A stretch of 61,090 nucleotides of DNA, counting the filler, from Asterionella formosa (taxonomy: Eukaryota): the NCBI GenBank assembly GCA_002256025.1. It is 10 parts of 10 records of this genome, joined end to end, with 100 filler letters (N's around TTAATTAATTAA, not from the genome) between each part and the next. Parts side by side here need not be neighbours in the genome. Positions count along the whole stretch, not along the records: positions 30,624 to 36,636 come from NKIB01012852.1; positions 36,737 to 42,752 come from NKIB01012853.1; positions 42,853 to 48,866 come from NKIB01012854.1; 7 more parts are not named here. One strand, written 5' to 3'. A program made the translations under genes and the position numbers. Of this stretch, positions 33,460 through 47,255 are shown piece by piece. How positions within the stretch are numbered: position 1 is the stretch's first letter; each line of letters begins with the position of its first letter. The notes below the pieces were generated by a model. It made no database searches. It was not told the origin of the DNA and saw only the letters and a list, made by a program, of their open reading frames with translations.

Positions 33460-35634
33460 AGAAGTTCTTCTACACGAAAGGGAAGTTCAAAGGTGACTGT
33501 CGTAAGTGTGGCAAGTATGGCCACAAGACGGCTGACTGTCGCAGCAAGGGCAATAGTGCCGACAAGAAGGAGCTCACTCCTGAGCAGAAAGAAAAGAGGA
33601 AAACGATCAAGTGTTTCAAGAGCCAACGTATGGGACACTACGCAAGTAAGTGCACTAGTAACAGTGCATCTAAAATTTAAAAAATCGAAGAGAACAACAC
33701 GACTACATCTACCCAGCAACTAATGTTTGTCGCCACGTGCATCGAAATTAGTTACAAACGAGGAAGTCAACCTCATTCGTGACGTCAGAAATCGCTGGTT
33801 ATTAGACAGCGGTGCTACTGTTCACATCTGCATGGACGTGTGCATGATGGAAAACAAGAAACAAGTGAGTGAAACGGTCGTGGTAGGGAATGGAACTGAG
33901 ATAGTATCAACTGTCTCTGTTACTGTGATCCTGACGACTACGGACGAAGGAAAACGCTTGAAACTCACCGATGTGCTTTATGCACCAGAGTTCAAGCAGA
34001 ACATCATCAGTGTCTCGAGAATGATCGACAAGGGTAATCAAGTGATCTTCGAGGACAATGGCATGACGATATGAAACAAGAGCGGCTTTCTGACCTGCAA
34101 AAGAGACAAAACTCGAAAACTCGGAGCAATGTATCATGTCAAAGGCAATCCAATTATCCACCAAACGGTGATGGAAGTCAAGCAACTTATTACAAGAGAA
34201 CACTACACAACAATCAATCGACGACTACAACGAAAAAGATTGGACGAAAGTTGAAGAAAAGAAAACGAACAAGCAAGGGAAAGAACAAATGGAATAATCA
34301 AAATGGTGAGTTTGAAAATAATTATGTGATTGTCGATATTAATGAAGCACATGCGATGCTTGGTCATGTGGGCGAGAAATGTTTGCACGATACGGCGAAA
34401 ATATTTGGATGGAAGTTGAGCGGCATAATGACAGTGTGCGCAGGCTGTGCGGCACCGAAAGCATGAGCTGTCCTAAAAACAACAAGAAAAATAGACGGTA
34501 CCTGGAGAGACACTGTTTGTGGACATCAGCGGACCCTACGCAAAATCCGCTGTAGGTAATCAGTACTGCATCTAAGCCGCGAAATACGCCACTTTTCGAA
34601 ATTTGTTCTACGTAGGAGTGTTCATTATGTGGTACTTCACATGAATTAATGCCACTCTTCCCGGAGAAAAGGTTACTTTTAACGGTTTCATGTGAAGATT
34701 TCACAAAAAACTTTGAACTTGAGACTGAATTAGTTGATGTTTCAAATAATTCATTTCAAAGTTCAACTAAGACCCTGCTCTCGTGGCTAATTCATTTACG
34801 AGCGACATGCATCTTCCTTTTTGAAATAGTAAGGATATTTGTGGTGTCTTAATTCATGCTACCAGGTACAGTTTATGGTTGTGCACTTCACGTAAATAAT
34901 ATTTACTGTTTTGCTGAACAAGATTACTTATCGTGGTTTCATGTGATGGCTGGTTCACAATCATACAGTTATTTCCAAGGCAGGACTAGTTGATGTTACA
35001 ACTAAACATTTTTTAGAGGATAAATCATTGCGAAAGACGACTTCACTACAAATTGTTTGATTGTAATCTGCCCTGAATTGATTGAGAAAAACGGAACGAA
35101 ATGGACCTCGAGAAATATCGCGACATGATTCATGAGGATGCAAGCAACAACCAACCCTAATGAGGACAAGACAGGTACGGAACGAAACATTTAATATTGA
35201 ATTTGAAATGCTAAACTAAATATCTATTTGAATTAGTGTGTGTTATTGACAGCAAATCTTCGGAGTGCTATTGGGCATGAATTGATGGAGAAAATCGAAG
35301 CGATGGTGTGGTTGTCGGCAAGTGGGTGCATGAGCGAAGCATATCAACAATCATCCTTACCATCGATATTGTCAGCATCCAATATGAATTCTCTTATTCT
35401 TTTACTTGAACTATATTTCGTATGAATTCTGAAGATACAAAATATATGGATAACATACCTGGTGTATTGTGCATATGTCTGGAATGGCATCGTGATGCTG
35501 AGTGTGTTGACCTCGTCAGCTAATGAATAGTAGGTATGGTACCTGGGACCAGGTACCGGTATACAAGGCCTACTCAGGGCTACTATGATACATACTACCA
35601 GGGCTAGTACCAGGGCTAGTACCAGGGGAGTACC

Positions 35635-36636
35635 TGTTGTTGAGGGGAACCTTGTCATGAATAAAGGTGAACTACAATATTATGACTATTCTATTGCTGT
35701 TTCGAGTACATCGTTGTTAGCACTCATGCATGTACCTAATCTGGTGGCTGCGCCGGTATGGTTCGTACGGAGCATGTATGGAGCATCATATGCAGATATT
35801 AACACACCCTCACCAACAGATTCAGGCAGAAGAACAGGAACGGGGGTGGAGATGATATCAGCATCGGAAGCCAAGCACGCATAATAGTTAGGAGGACTAG
35901 GGAGGGATGGAGGGCAATGGAGATAGTGCAGGCGCATCAACATATGATGGGAAGCGGGATGATGTTTAGTGAAATAATCAGCACGATTCAAACTCCCTTT
36001 TTTCCAGTATACAAGAAATTGGCCTTGGCGAACCCGATCGCGTACCCAGTAATAACGCATATCCATAGCTTTGGAACGTTTTTGTCGGACGGTATCATTG
36101 GCAATGCCACTGGCAGTGCTATTATCGGTGACAATACGGGTAGAAGGTTGGGGATGACCAAGCTCAACAAGAATGTTGCGAATAGCATATGCCTCTTTGC
36201 CATTGTGGAACAAAGCAGCTAATTCGGCCTCAGCAGCACTTGATAAAACCTCCTTAAGAATTTGACAGTGTACGTAAATAGCACCGTTAAGAGGAGGGAT
36301 GGACGTAGTGAGGCTAGGCGGAGACAAGGGTTTACAGCTGAGAAAGTGAATGCCGGCAGCGCAGGAGCAACCACGTGTTTCAGAGAGATAGGAAGCATCG
36401 CTTTCAACATGGAGGACCATGTCACTGGCAGTAAAGCGAAGTGTGGCCTCAGGATGAGTGGCACAATAATTGAGAAGGTGAGTAATAGCAGTCAAGGTAG
36501 CCACAGTGGGGGTTGCTTGTTGTGTAGCCAATGTACCAAGGGCCGGCAACATAGTACAGTCAATAGCACGGGCATAATACAATAAAGTACCAAGAATCTC
36601 TTGCACACGTGTTTTATCATGGAGGTCAAGGACAGG
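35635..36636 (-). mobile_element. 3' end of a copia element (family C): RT C-terminus, RNase H, PPT and short 3' LTR
   Basis: LGTLLYYARAID, SDASYLSE, SSAAEAE, TDNSTA, KAMDMRYYWVRDR and ADYFTKHH. Purine tract GGTGAGGGTG (35814-35805) is followed by TGTTAATATC, giving an LTR of about 35804-35635. Confidence 0.9.
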
Positions 36637-38118
36637 NNNNNNNNNNNNNNNNNNNNNNNNNNNNNNNNNNNNNNNNNNNNTTAATTAATTAANNNNNNNN
36701 NNNNNNNNNNNNNNNNNNNNNNNNNNNNNNNNNNNNTGCACAACAAGATTTATTACACATGACAAGATCTTGTGGAGTTATCCAAGCAAGTACTTTAGAC
36801 AAGCCGAAGTACACTAGTATTGTCATGGCAGAAAGACGGTTCAGGACAGCCATTATGCAGGACATGACACCAGGAACTTTTTCGGACATGACTACTGGGT
36901 AGCTAGTGGACACCATGAATGTACCTACATGGCGCCATTGGGGAATCCAACTACAAGGAGGGAAAGTATGGAGAAGCCATGACACACTTGCAAAAAGCAT
37001 ATACCACAGCCAAGGAGCAAGGACAAGAAGCTCATGGGGGCCTGTCAGGCACAAATATGCAATCCAAGTGACACAGCAAGATACTTTCAGGAGGCAATTG
37101 TTGACAATGATCATGTAGCAATGATATTAAAGCTATCAAACAAATGTATAGAATAAAAAATGCACTCAGTTTCTTCATTTAACTTAATTATCAGCAACCA
37201 GTACAGCCATTGCTTGCACATGAATTGATAGTGTGACCACTCAGATTGTACTGCAGGTAGATTGTGAGCAAGAAGACATGATCACAACATAAATGGAAGC
37301 AGACAATTGATGACTATCTAATATACCTTTAGGATGATTGATGTGCATGCATATATGCATACCGATAACTATTTTGGTGAGATCAAGCCATTTTCAGTAT
37401 GAGCAAGCAAGTCTTGAAATATTATGGGAAATTATTTGTAGTCATTTATGCCAAGACATCCACTTATATTATACACTGTTATTTACATCTGTAAAAAATT
37501 TGTGTTTGTGCTGACCAAATAAGGTAATTCTGGTTTGCACCTCTATGGGTACAACAATTTGTGTTATAATACACATGATATAATATGTTTTCATATCAGA
37601 GCATGCCCATAGTGATAGCTGCAGCAAAGGGGCAGGCTTATGAATAATGGGTTATGAGCAAAACGAAATGCATCCATGTCGCACAATGACGACAATCATG
37701 GATGAAGATAGTAAATAAAAACGTCAAGGAGTTTATGAATATATTCCCCATCGTACCGGTACCAGATAGTCTACCGGTAGTTTGTAGCTATACATGCTTA
37801 CAATATACCGGTAAGAAATAGGCTGACCATTTTCTCAAATTCATACTGGCATCATCAAGATTCCTCCCCCATCTGTCTGCCTTGTTCCTTTGCTGTATCG
37901 AGCGACTTAAAATATTACCCCAGGTATTAATCCAGATATATCAGCATACCGGTAATTAACAGCACAAACAGAATTCACCTTACCACATTCAGTCTACTTC
38001 TAACAGCTTTCGTGAAAATAAGCAGATGTGCCCAACACTTCAATTTCAATACAATTTCCTTTTTTATACGAATAGGCTTAGCTTCTCCACCATGTTTCGA
38101 GATTCCCCGTCAACGGCA

Positions 38119-41100
38119 CTAGTCAATATAATGTGTTTCACTCATGTCAGAATCTTCTCCACTAGCTTCTTCAATCGTAGAAGAACGGCCAATAGATGAC
38201 CCAGAACGATTACTGCTGTTGGAAGATCGAGTAGAGCGCTGCGTCACGGACACCTTACAACGTTTTTCTGGTGAGGGATATAGATCTTCATCATCATCAG
38301 GAGATAAGCGAAGACCGTCTTCTTCGGGAAGCGGCGACAAGGATGACTGGGTCATCGACGGGCGTGATGACCGTACACTGCCCATAGATGACCCACGGGA
38401 ACGGTGACTACGAATCTTTGACGATGTTGGGCTTGGTCCGGTGCTTCCACTACCTACACTTCTTTCGTCCCCAGAATCCAAACCGACGGAATTCTCGCTA
38501 GCAGCAATACTGCGAGGGGACGATAATTTTGGATCGGATGTTGGAAATCCCAACGCTCTGCGAAACTGTTCAATGGCGACGAGGTCGTCATGAAGGACTT
38601 CCGAAAATTCAGGATCACAACGAAGGTCGTCCTCTCGTGTATCCAAGTCTTCGAGAAGTGCAGCTCGCTGCTCATTATTTCGTCGGATCCACGTGGCGTA
38701 CTTGCACAAAAGCAACAGGAATGTGAGACGACCACCAGGCATGAGAGGGTCCTCGCCAGGAATATCAGTCGAGAAAGCGTAACGAACGCCCTCGCGAACG
38801 AAACCTAATATGGGGTTCTTCAATTTAGCATCACTCAGTTTCCCAACGCCTAACGACTGGGATAGTCGAGAGGCTTGTTGCTCCATCAGCTGGAAAGCGT
38901 CATTGTGCTTGCGTTCCGCGTCATCAAACGCTGCCATCTCCTCGTCAGTCGGTCGATCACTTTCAGGCTCCTCGGGTTCCGTGTTGAGCCACTCTTCAAA
39001 GGACGTACGTAAACATGCCATCTGAGTCTCGAGCAATCTTACAGAGTCGATTTTCTTTGCAACGCGAGCCATTGCAGCAACAATTTTGGAGGCCTCTGGG
39101 CCACTTCCAGTGATGTGGGCTAGAGCGTACCCAGCCTCTCGACGATTTCCACATTTCCAGTTGGTACCGAGGCTTCGGGCAAACGGCAGGAGCATCTGTC
39201 GGACACGATCCACATCTTCAAGGCCCCCTTCAGTCTCAGCGAGTCTAAGGTGTTCCTCCATGGATCGAAAATATCGGACAAATCCAGCTGCAAGCTGTTG
39301 GTCATCAGTCAAGGCCATTGCACGAAGCGACGGGGATGTAGCATCTGCCCATTCTCGTGGGAACAAGGCTCGAAGATCGGACATGACTTGAGCAGCCGTA
39401 GACTGCACATGGTCGGAGAAGGCGATGTGCTCATTACTATACTTGTCCTCAAGTTCCACTCCTTCGTTAAGAGGCAGAAACTGCTCAAAGCACAATGAAA
39501 CCAAAGCAACAATCTTGTCCCTTTGTAAGACCACAGGCAAATCGTCAATATCTTCGTCACTCTCGTCGTCGTCTTGATGCAAAATGGCCTTGCGACTCCA
39601 AAGTGTGACTGCAAGAAGAAAGTCCAAACCCTCTGTAATCTGCTTTGCAACCACCAAGTGGATTCCTTTGGGACTATCCTTCCATATCTCAGGCACAGCG
39701 AACGTTGGTATTGCTTCTTCGTCTGAGGTAATGACTTGACGATTCTTGAGACGATTGGAGATTGCCTCTACAATCTTGTTGCAGAGTGCTCCGATGGACA
39801 AAGAATCTTCTATCTTTAGAAGATCCACGAAGCACATCCGTTTAGAGAGGATGCGAAGGCGCTTCAGACAGAGAAATATTGAGTATTCGATGTCTTGCTC
39901 AGCACTCTGTTCTCCTTTGTCATGTACATGCTCCTTGTCAGAACTGGCCAGTGATCTCTGATCAGCACGGGAGGGTTGCCCTTGACCCTTTGACGACCGT
40001 GCAACTTTCTTCTTCTTTTTTCGCTTATTCGCTATTTGAAGTTTTCCCTCGTCACTCATTGAAGTACTGAGATCCAAAAGCTCGACAAGTCTGTTTGACA
40101 AACTAGATGCTAAGCTCTGAAGTTGCAAATGAACATCTTTGGATCGAACATGATCTCCCTGCGCCAAAAATTTAAGGGATTGAGCAATGTTTGAAATGAC
40201 TTCCTCGTTGGAAGATTCCAAGAAAGTTTCAGTCATGTTCTTGACCACGGCGATGAAATCAGTCTTTCGCTGTGGAAGGCTGAAGATGGCTGGTACTGTT
40301 GAGGTAAAGGCAAAGTCAGTAGACATCAGTTGCATGTAATAGTGCAGGGAAAAACCACGTACACAAATATCGGGGAAGGATGCTTAGACTTCCAAGAATG
40401 GAAGGATCCGTCTTGAAACGACTCATCAAACCTGGAAGAGCTTGGAGCAACGCAACACTTAGAATCTCGTGAGCCATGCCTGATGATTGCTTTGGTTTCT
40501 TCTTTTTAGTGCCGGACTCCAAAGGAGGGATTGCCTTCATTTTGAGTATTTGGACTAGGTCGTCATCAAGATCACCATATAAGAAATCAGCTTCAGCGAC
40601 AGATCCTACCTCAGCATGTGCTGCACAAGCCAGCATTTGCACAAGCACACGTTGCTTCGCAACCTCAATGCGGTTTCCGTCGCCCTCTGAAGCCACTGCC
40701 CCATCATCGCCAATCGCTCGAATGATTGCAGACCAGTTGGTGATAACGTCTCGGTGTTCAGGCATCGCGCGTAGAGATTCAACGACATGATCAACAAGTT
40801 CAATTCGAATTTTGTCGAGGGGAATTTCTCCGTTGGTGAGAGAATGTGCGATCCTAAGAAAGAAGAGAAATAAAAGGTAAGCTGTGACGTTGGGAGCATT
40901 TACGAGGGCACGTTGGGTACGAAGACTCACCACGCCGCGAGGCTGTCCAACTTTTGGACAATAAGTATCTCGGTAGATTGCACCAACGACGCGTGTGTGT
41001 CCTTTGACCACTTTTTATCCTGACTTTGTTCTTGTTCGTCCCATGCTTCCAGCTGTTCGATGACAAAGTAAAGGGCATCACGGCGAACAATAGCAGATGT

Positions 41101-42752
41101 ATCGGAGGCTAGAGACCGAACATTGATTTGGCTCCAAGCCCGATCGTCTTCCATTTCGTCCATGAAACCCCTCCTGGCGAGAATGAGAAGTAGAGCCATT
41201 GCTTGCTCTTGGACTTTGACATTGACGTCAATGACACAGTCAACAAGGCGAAGTAAGAACTTTGAGATAACATTTTGCATTCTTTCAACATCCAATGAAA
41301 CAACTCGATTGCGAGAAGTACCATTGGTTCGCTCGACTAGTGCCTTGAATGGAGCTGCCAATCCAGCGATGGCAGACTGACGGACACAAGCACACTTGTC
41401 GCTGAGCATCCATCCAAAATATTTGAGATACTTATCTCCAAGAAAGATATCAGGGCGCATCAAAGTCATTTTGGAAAGTGATTCGAGTGCGAACGCGCGA
41501 ATATGCATGTTGGAATCACGGTATCGATGCATGAAGACACCTTGCATAATATTACCAATTACCAACTCCTCTAAATCTTCTTTAGTGCGTTTGAGCGAGT
41601 CGATTTGAATTCCAAGTGCTTCGGCCTTACGGTGTCCACTCTTACCGGCCTTAGTGGCGTTGAACTGTCGGGTGGCGACTTCCAGCTTTGCCTTGATTTC
41701 AGCACTGCGATTCAAGACAGCCAACCCCATCTGCATCGCTGCAATCATGGCAGCTGCGCGCACATCGGGCTGCCCAACAGTGACCAGCTCGCTGACCCGC
41801 AGAATTAAATCTCTAAGTATCTCCGTATCAAAACGGTTTGTAGTGATGAACGATTCGTCCTTGGTCTCTGTATCACCTTCATCCTTGCTGTCTCCACTTC
41901 GTGTGTAGCCCTCAGATAATGCCACAGTCCCGAGAACAAACCAGAATTCTTCGTAGACCTTGCGATACTCACGTGCGCCACTAGCTGAGACCGAGAGAGG
42001 AATGTCGACATCCCCAAGCTTACCATCGATGGCGGCAGCATGGACAGCACCGTCGGGATCGGCACATAGTAAGACTCGATCCGCAGGAGTGTAGCGCATA
42101 TCATCAACCAGATCAGTGACAATTTGGCCCCATTGTTCACTGTCCATGTCTTCAAGAATCTTATCGTCATCAAGAATTGTTTCTGTGGTACCCCCAACCG
42201 AGCGAAAGAGAAGATTCAAGAGAGCAACTTGAGTCCTGCTTGTATCATCCTTGTGTCCCTCGACAACCTTGCGAGCTACTCGCTCCAATTGGGCAGTATA
42301 CATTGTGCGGTTGTCGTCCGCTGAATGGGTTCGCTTCTCAGAGTTTTCGGTCTTGTAAGTGTACAATAGGGAAGCAACCAAAGAATTATCAGTCGTTTCT
42401 CCTGGTTCTAAGACTTTCTTAGCGAGTGCTGCAAGAGCATTCTGCGATCCTCGTTTTGAGTTTGCCGAAGACACTTTGCTGATGGGCGCCTTGGGGCTCT
42501 TGGATTTAGCTTCTCCAATCCTGACCTGGACCTTTTTGGAGCTCGGCTTTCTGGTCTTCACGGGTGTCTTTTTCTTGGGGATCTTATTTTTGGATTTTGG
42601 GTGGACTGTATCCTCTTCGTCGTCGTCGTCCGACTTTCCACCTTCTTTGTTTTCCTCATGGTCTTCTTGAGGTTCTCCGTCGACAGATTCAGAGTCCGAC
42701 GTCATTTCGCCGTCGTCCTCCTCCGGTTCTGATTCTTCTTCGTCAATAATTA
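38119..42752 (-). CDS. SCC3: Cohesin subunit SCC3/STAG (stromalin), 5' truncated
   Basis: LLNLLFRSVG, VFMHRYRDSNMHIR, FLGDKYLKYFGWMLSDKCACVR. Introns at 40930-40854 and 40362-40296 join three ORFs in frame. Ser-rich C-terminal tail. Confidence 0.93.
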
Positions 42753-42852
42753 NNNNNNNNNNNNNNNNNNNNNNNNNNNNNNNNNNNNNNNNNNNNTTAA
42801 TTAATTAANNNNNNNNNNNNNNNNNNNNNNNNNNNNNNNNNNNNNNNNNNNN

Positions 42853-42918
42853 CCAGCGTGGATCGATCGAGAGAAGTGTCACTTAATGGCGCCTCCATTT
42901 GTTCCTCGGCGCTGGCCA
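42853..42918 (-). CDS. Possible 5' end of a gene cut by the scaffold edge
   Basis: AAAATG context and open frame MASAEEQMEAPLSDTSLDRSTL running into the linker; too short to identify. Confidence 0.3.
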
Positions 42919-43985
42919 TTTTATTGAGTGAGATCTGACGGAGATTCAGACCTGGCTGAAACGATGCAGTAAACGAGAGCACTGGATGATAATAGACTGA
43001 GAGGAATGCAACGAAGCAGAGCATACAAGAGGGCATGTTGACTAATACATGCAGAATAAGCCGCAACTGCACAATGCTTGTATCAGGTACACCGAGTAAC
43101 AGTTCTAAAAAATTTATGAGTGGAGGTGACATGGAGGATCATGAAAAGGACGGAATTACGTGGTACAGGACAGAAGTAGTATTGCTTACCGGTATTTTAT
43201 CATAGTTCAGTCTTCGCTCATTCTTTTATTTATCATATGTATAGTGGTAGACCGGACGGTACATAATAAAAAAACAGATACCGGTATTTGAATGCATGCA
43301 TGATGAATGACAGACAGGCAGGGCGGAAATGTGAATTCCTAAGATATGTATGTAATGCATGACGGCTGATGAGGATGTAGTAAAACGTAGAGTACAAATA
43401 AACCGATGTATCAGTACAAATTCAACAACTGTACCGGTACTGGAGGAGGAATGTAAGTGCGTATTTGGTGTCAAGATATACTGGTAATATTCCTGGGGGT
43501 TCTTATGATATTGCATTATATTGGTTTGCCGAAATGTATGATGCACAATCGATGTGATGATGAGACTATGGTGTCCAGCAGTGAAGTGTAATGTAAGCTC
43601 ACATAAGTACACATTGAATAAAGTAAAGCAATTGGTAATTGTCGTTCTCTGTGTCCATTTATAATTTTGCGTAATAGTTTATTAGAGGACCTTACCAGCC
43701 ACTCTTAGTATGAACCCACACTCCTTCTTGGAACATCATACCCCTGTGAAGGACTCGCCCTCCTACAGTGGCAACTATTGAAATGAACAGATTGTCAATG
43801 CATTGAATCATTGCACAAGTGAATTTTGCCATTAAATGCCTTTTAAATTGCATACAGCAGCCAAGTTGGCTGTTGAACTCATTTTGCATGTCCCCTGCTC
43901 TCGATCCCCATGTGTGCATTCTTGTTGCTCAGCCACAAACCCTTTCTAACCCACATTTGCCTGACAAATTCAGCTAGCTAGTGGT

Positions 43986-44024
<39 letters not shown>

Positions 44025-47000
44025 CGGGAGGGGGNNNNNNNNNNCCCCCCCCCCCCCCCCCCACCCCCCCCCCCCCCGGCCCCCCCCCCCCCCCCTCCCT
44101 TACACATGCTACTCTGTAGTTAGTACAATTTACTCTCAGCATGCCCACAAAAACAACAAGGGCCATCCCATAATCTACTCACTTAGTATTCAAAGTGATC
44201 TTGTTTCTGTGTGACCATTGCCTGTGATTACCACCACATGATCTCAATAATATAATGTCACGTTATAGCACCTTAAAACTACTTTATTTGTGGTAGGGTG
44301 GCCGACCTGGCGCTTCCTAGCATGATAAGGCTGGGTTTTGAAAAACTAAACAGTCACAATATCAAGCAGCAAGAACCAAACTGCTTTCCCAGCAGTATAT
44401 CTAAGTTGATTGGCATGGAATCATCAGGCCTTGACACAACATCTGCCATCATCATGGAGTGCTTAGGATAATTCAATTGTGGCAAGGCTGCTACTGCCTT
44501 CTACATGAACGTTGGTCACCATGGAAAGCCTATGAGCCTCGACCTTATTGCTTCCCCTCCCGATTTAAAGAGACCCTTGAGCAAGGATATGGTTTTACCC
44601 TTGTCTAGCAATCGGCTCAAGGCAGCAACTCAATTCAAATTTTTCATAGTCGATGACTTTAAAGATGAGGGATACTCCAAGGGCAAGCCACCCACTAAAG
44701 TTAAAATGGCTAAATCTGTTGCTGCCGCAACTCCAGATTCCCAAATCCTTGCAGCATGTATTGCATCATTGGGACTTCCAAACACTGCAGCGAGGCCCCA
44801 ATGTCTACATACGCCTAATGGAGGATCCTGTCAATATAGTGTGTTTGATGTCCCATGAAGTTGAAGACCTTCTCATCAAGCTTAACTATTGTACTCATGG
44901 AGCTACCTAACAATCGCGTTAGCTGTGGATGAATTGGAGTTGGATGGCCACAAGGAGGATCTAATGTTCGCTATGAGGTCATTGACTCCATCTGTCTCCA
45001 TGGCACAGAAAATCTTTTACGAAGCCTCTCGAAAACTCATTGAGCTCTTTGTCGCAAAGGCCACGGTGGTACTACTACAGTTAGAAAATGCATCCTACTA
45101 CGGAAACCCTATTCCCCTTATGGAGATGGAGGTCTACTGCTGTCCTGATATCACTGCTAATGGATATGAGATTAAAGATAATTCGACACATATCACCAAA
45201 AACGACAAAGTCATCATCTCTGATGGTGGAGCTGGATCTATTTTTTTCGACAAGGATGACCTGATGTAGACAACTGTGAAAATTCTTGTCACCCCCTTTA
45301 TGATTTAAGATCCTGTTACTGAGAAGAACATAACCATTGCTGGAAACAATATCACCATCATTTATCTAATGGTAGTATTGGCAAGGAATCCATTGGGATG
45401 CTGTTGGTAGATAACCAGAATAGTACTCACACTGCCACTCTCATTAACAAGGGAGCTTGTTCCTCTGGAAAGCTTCATCATATCGGGAAAACCCAGAAAT
45501 TTAAAGTTGGAACAGTGATGTCGACTGGTAAGAGCCATGCCAATCCTGGATGCTACTCCATATACTCCACAGAAAAGACAGGTGTCTGTGACATGGGCCA
45601 AATTATCGTCAATAGAAATCAGCCAAAGGGGTTGAGCATGGAGGATCAACAATGCATGTGAATTGCAGCAACTCAGCAAATTTAGACATTTCGGTTGTTG
45701 GAGGCTTGAATCCGTTAAGGACTAAGAACACCAGAGCATATTCGTATATGGGCGCCTTTAGCTAACTAATAGTAGAGCTAGGTATAGAATTCATGATGAT
45801 TATTCTGGTCAAGAGCTGCAAGTTGCGGTTATTTTCCTGAAATGGACATCGTGATGCAGGACAGGCTAAATAGAGAACGTCATCAACTCTCTCTTTGAAT
45901 CAACAGTATCACGTTTTATTAGTGATGTAAATAATTATTTCGTCTCAACACGGAAACGTCAAAACGAGGCAAATCGCTGAAAATGAAAAAGACTATGACT
46001 GGGGCGATAGAGGGATGGCCCGAAGCAAAAGTAAGCAAGTCTTGCTTTATGTTGCTTTATTCTCTCCAAACTCAAAATTGTTCCTCTTTTTGCGGCCAAA
46101 GTGATGAAAACAACCAATAATAAAGGGTTCTATATCACCAATTAGGATTTGAAATATTTGCATGCTAGCATCATCATATGTAACAAATAGTGGTACCTGA
46201 TATAACGATTATACCATGCCACCATATGCATGCTGGTGGCTGGACTCATGCTGCTCAGGGTACCCAAGGTAGCACTCATAAGTGCTTGTATCTAATTATT
46301 TAGTTTAGATAATTCGATCCTTTTCTATTTATAATAAATATATTTACCAGTATACTATGGAGTAACTGTGTACCAGTAATAACTAGTTGTTGAAAGCGGC
46401 TGGAGTCTGCATGGTGCATCATGTTGTCTCAGCCTTGACCATGACAAAACAAAAAATATCTCCATCAAAAATGAGAATGATGCTTTGCTATTAGGTACAT
46501 GTTTTAAGAACAATTTAAAAAATACAATCGAAAAAGAATAGTTGTAATAACATTAATATTGGCATCAAAAAATTCAAAAAGCAAATAGCTTATTTTTTAA
46601 TTAATGATGGTTTGAACTATTTTTATCATGGCAGTGGAGTGTTTTGGCTTTTCGCCATGAGGACAATCACCACACGTTGATAAATAAAATTATAAGCAAA
46701 ATGTTTAAATGACAGGTTGCATGCCAGCACAATGGTACTGCGGTATGTATGCTATGCTGGCAGTTGATGTATTAGCTAACAGAGCATGGTACCTGGTACC
46801 AGGTACCTCATGGCGTACCTTTTGTATGCCTCCCATGATCACACGCCGATATGTGCAATGACATGATATTCATACACAAATATATATATAAAACTATGCA
46901 TTACTCGTGAGGATATTATGCGCGAACAAAATGCATGAAAAAAGGTGGTACGACCGGTATGTCCACATCGACACTATTACTATATACACTTTACAGTATT

Positions 47001-47255
47001 TCACATGTACAATAAAGGGATTTGAATACCAGTTATATATGATGTGTTTACATCATGTCAGCAGATTTATGGGGGGAAAATATATCATATATTACTCTAC
47101 ATCAAAAATATACCGGTAAGCAAAAGTAAAATGACTAAAATGGATAATACAATTCCTCACACCAATAATATGCATAGAATGAGAAATAGTATTCACAAAA
47201 GCCAGAAGTACCACAGCAACATTACCACAACAGCAGCCGCTGCAGCAGCGCTTCC

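Larger units (their letters stand above)
30907..34570 (+). mobile_element. Ty1/copia element (family B): 5' LTR plus disrupted gag-protease-integrase, 3' truncated
   Basis: LTR 30907-31269 (TG..AACA). Gag from 31311 (FDGQDAKWYMWKAKF, ENPDSWYVELD), CRKCGKYGHKTADC knuckle, WLLDSGATVHI protease, HAMLGH..CAGC, FVDISGPY. Interrupted at ~31990-33459. Confidence 0.9.

Noticed and set aside
6404..42752. SMC5 and SCC3 in one window as a chromosome-maintenance cluster
   Set aside because: They lie on different scaffolds joined by size order; no physical linkage can be inferred.
43986..44097. Poly-G then poly-C tracts as a G-quadruplex, hairpin or Gly/Pro-rich ORF
   Set aside because: The tracts flank a 10-N gap at contig ends and are likely low-quality homopolymer sequence.
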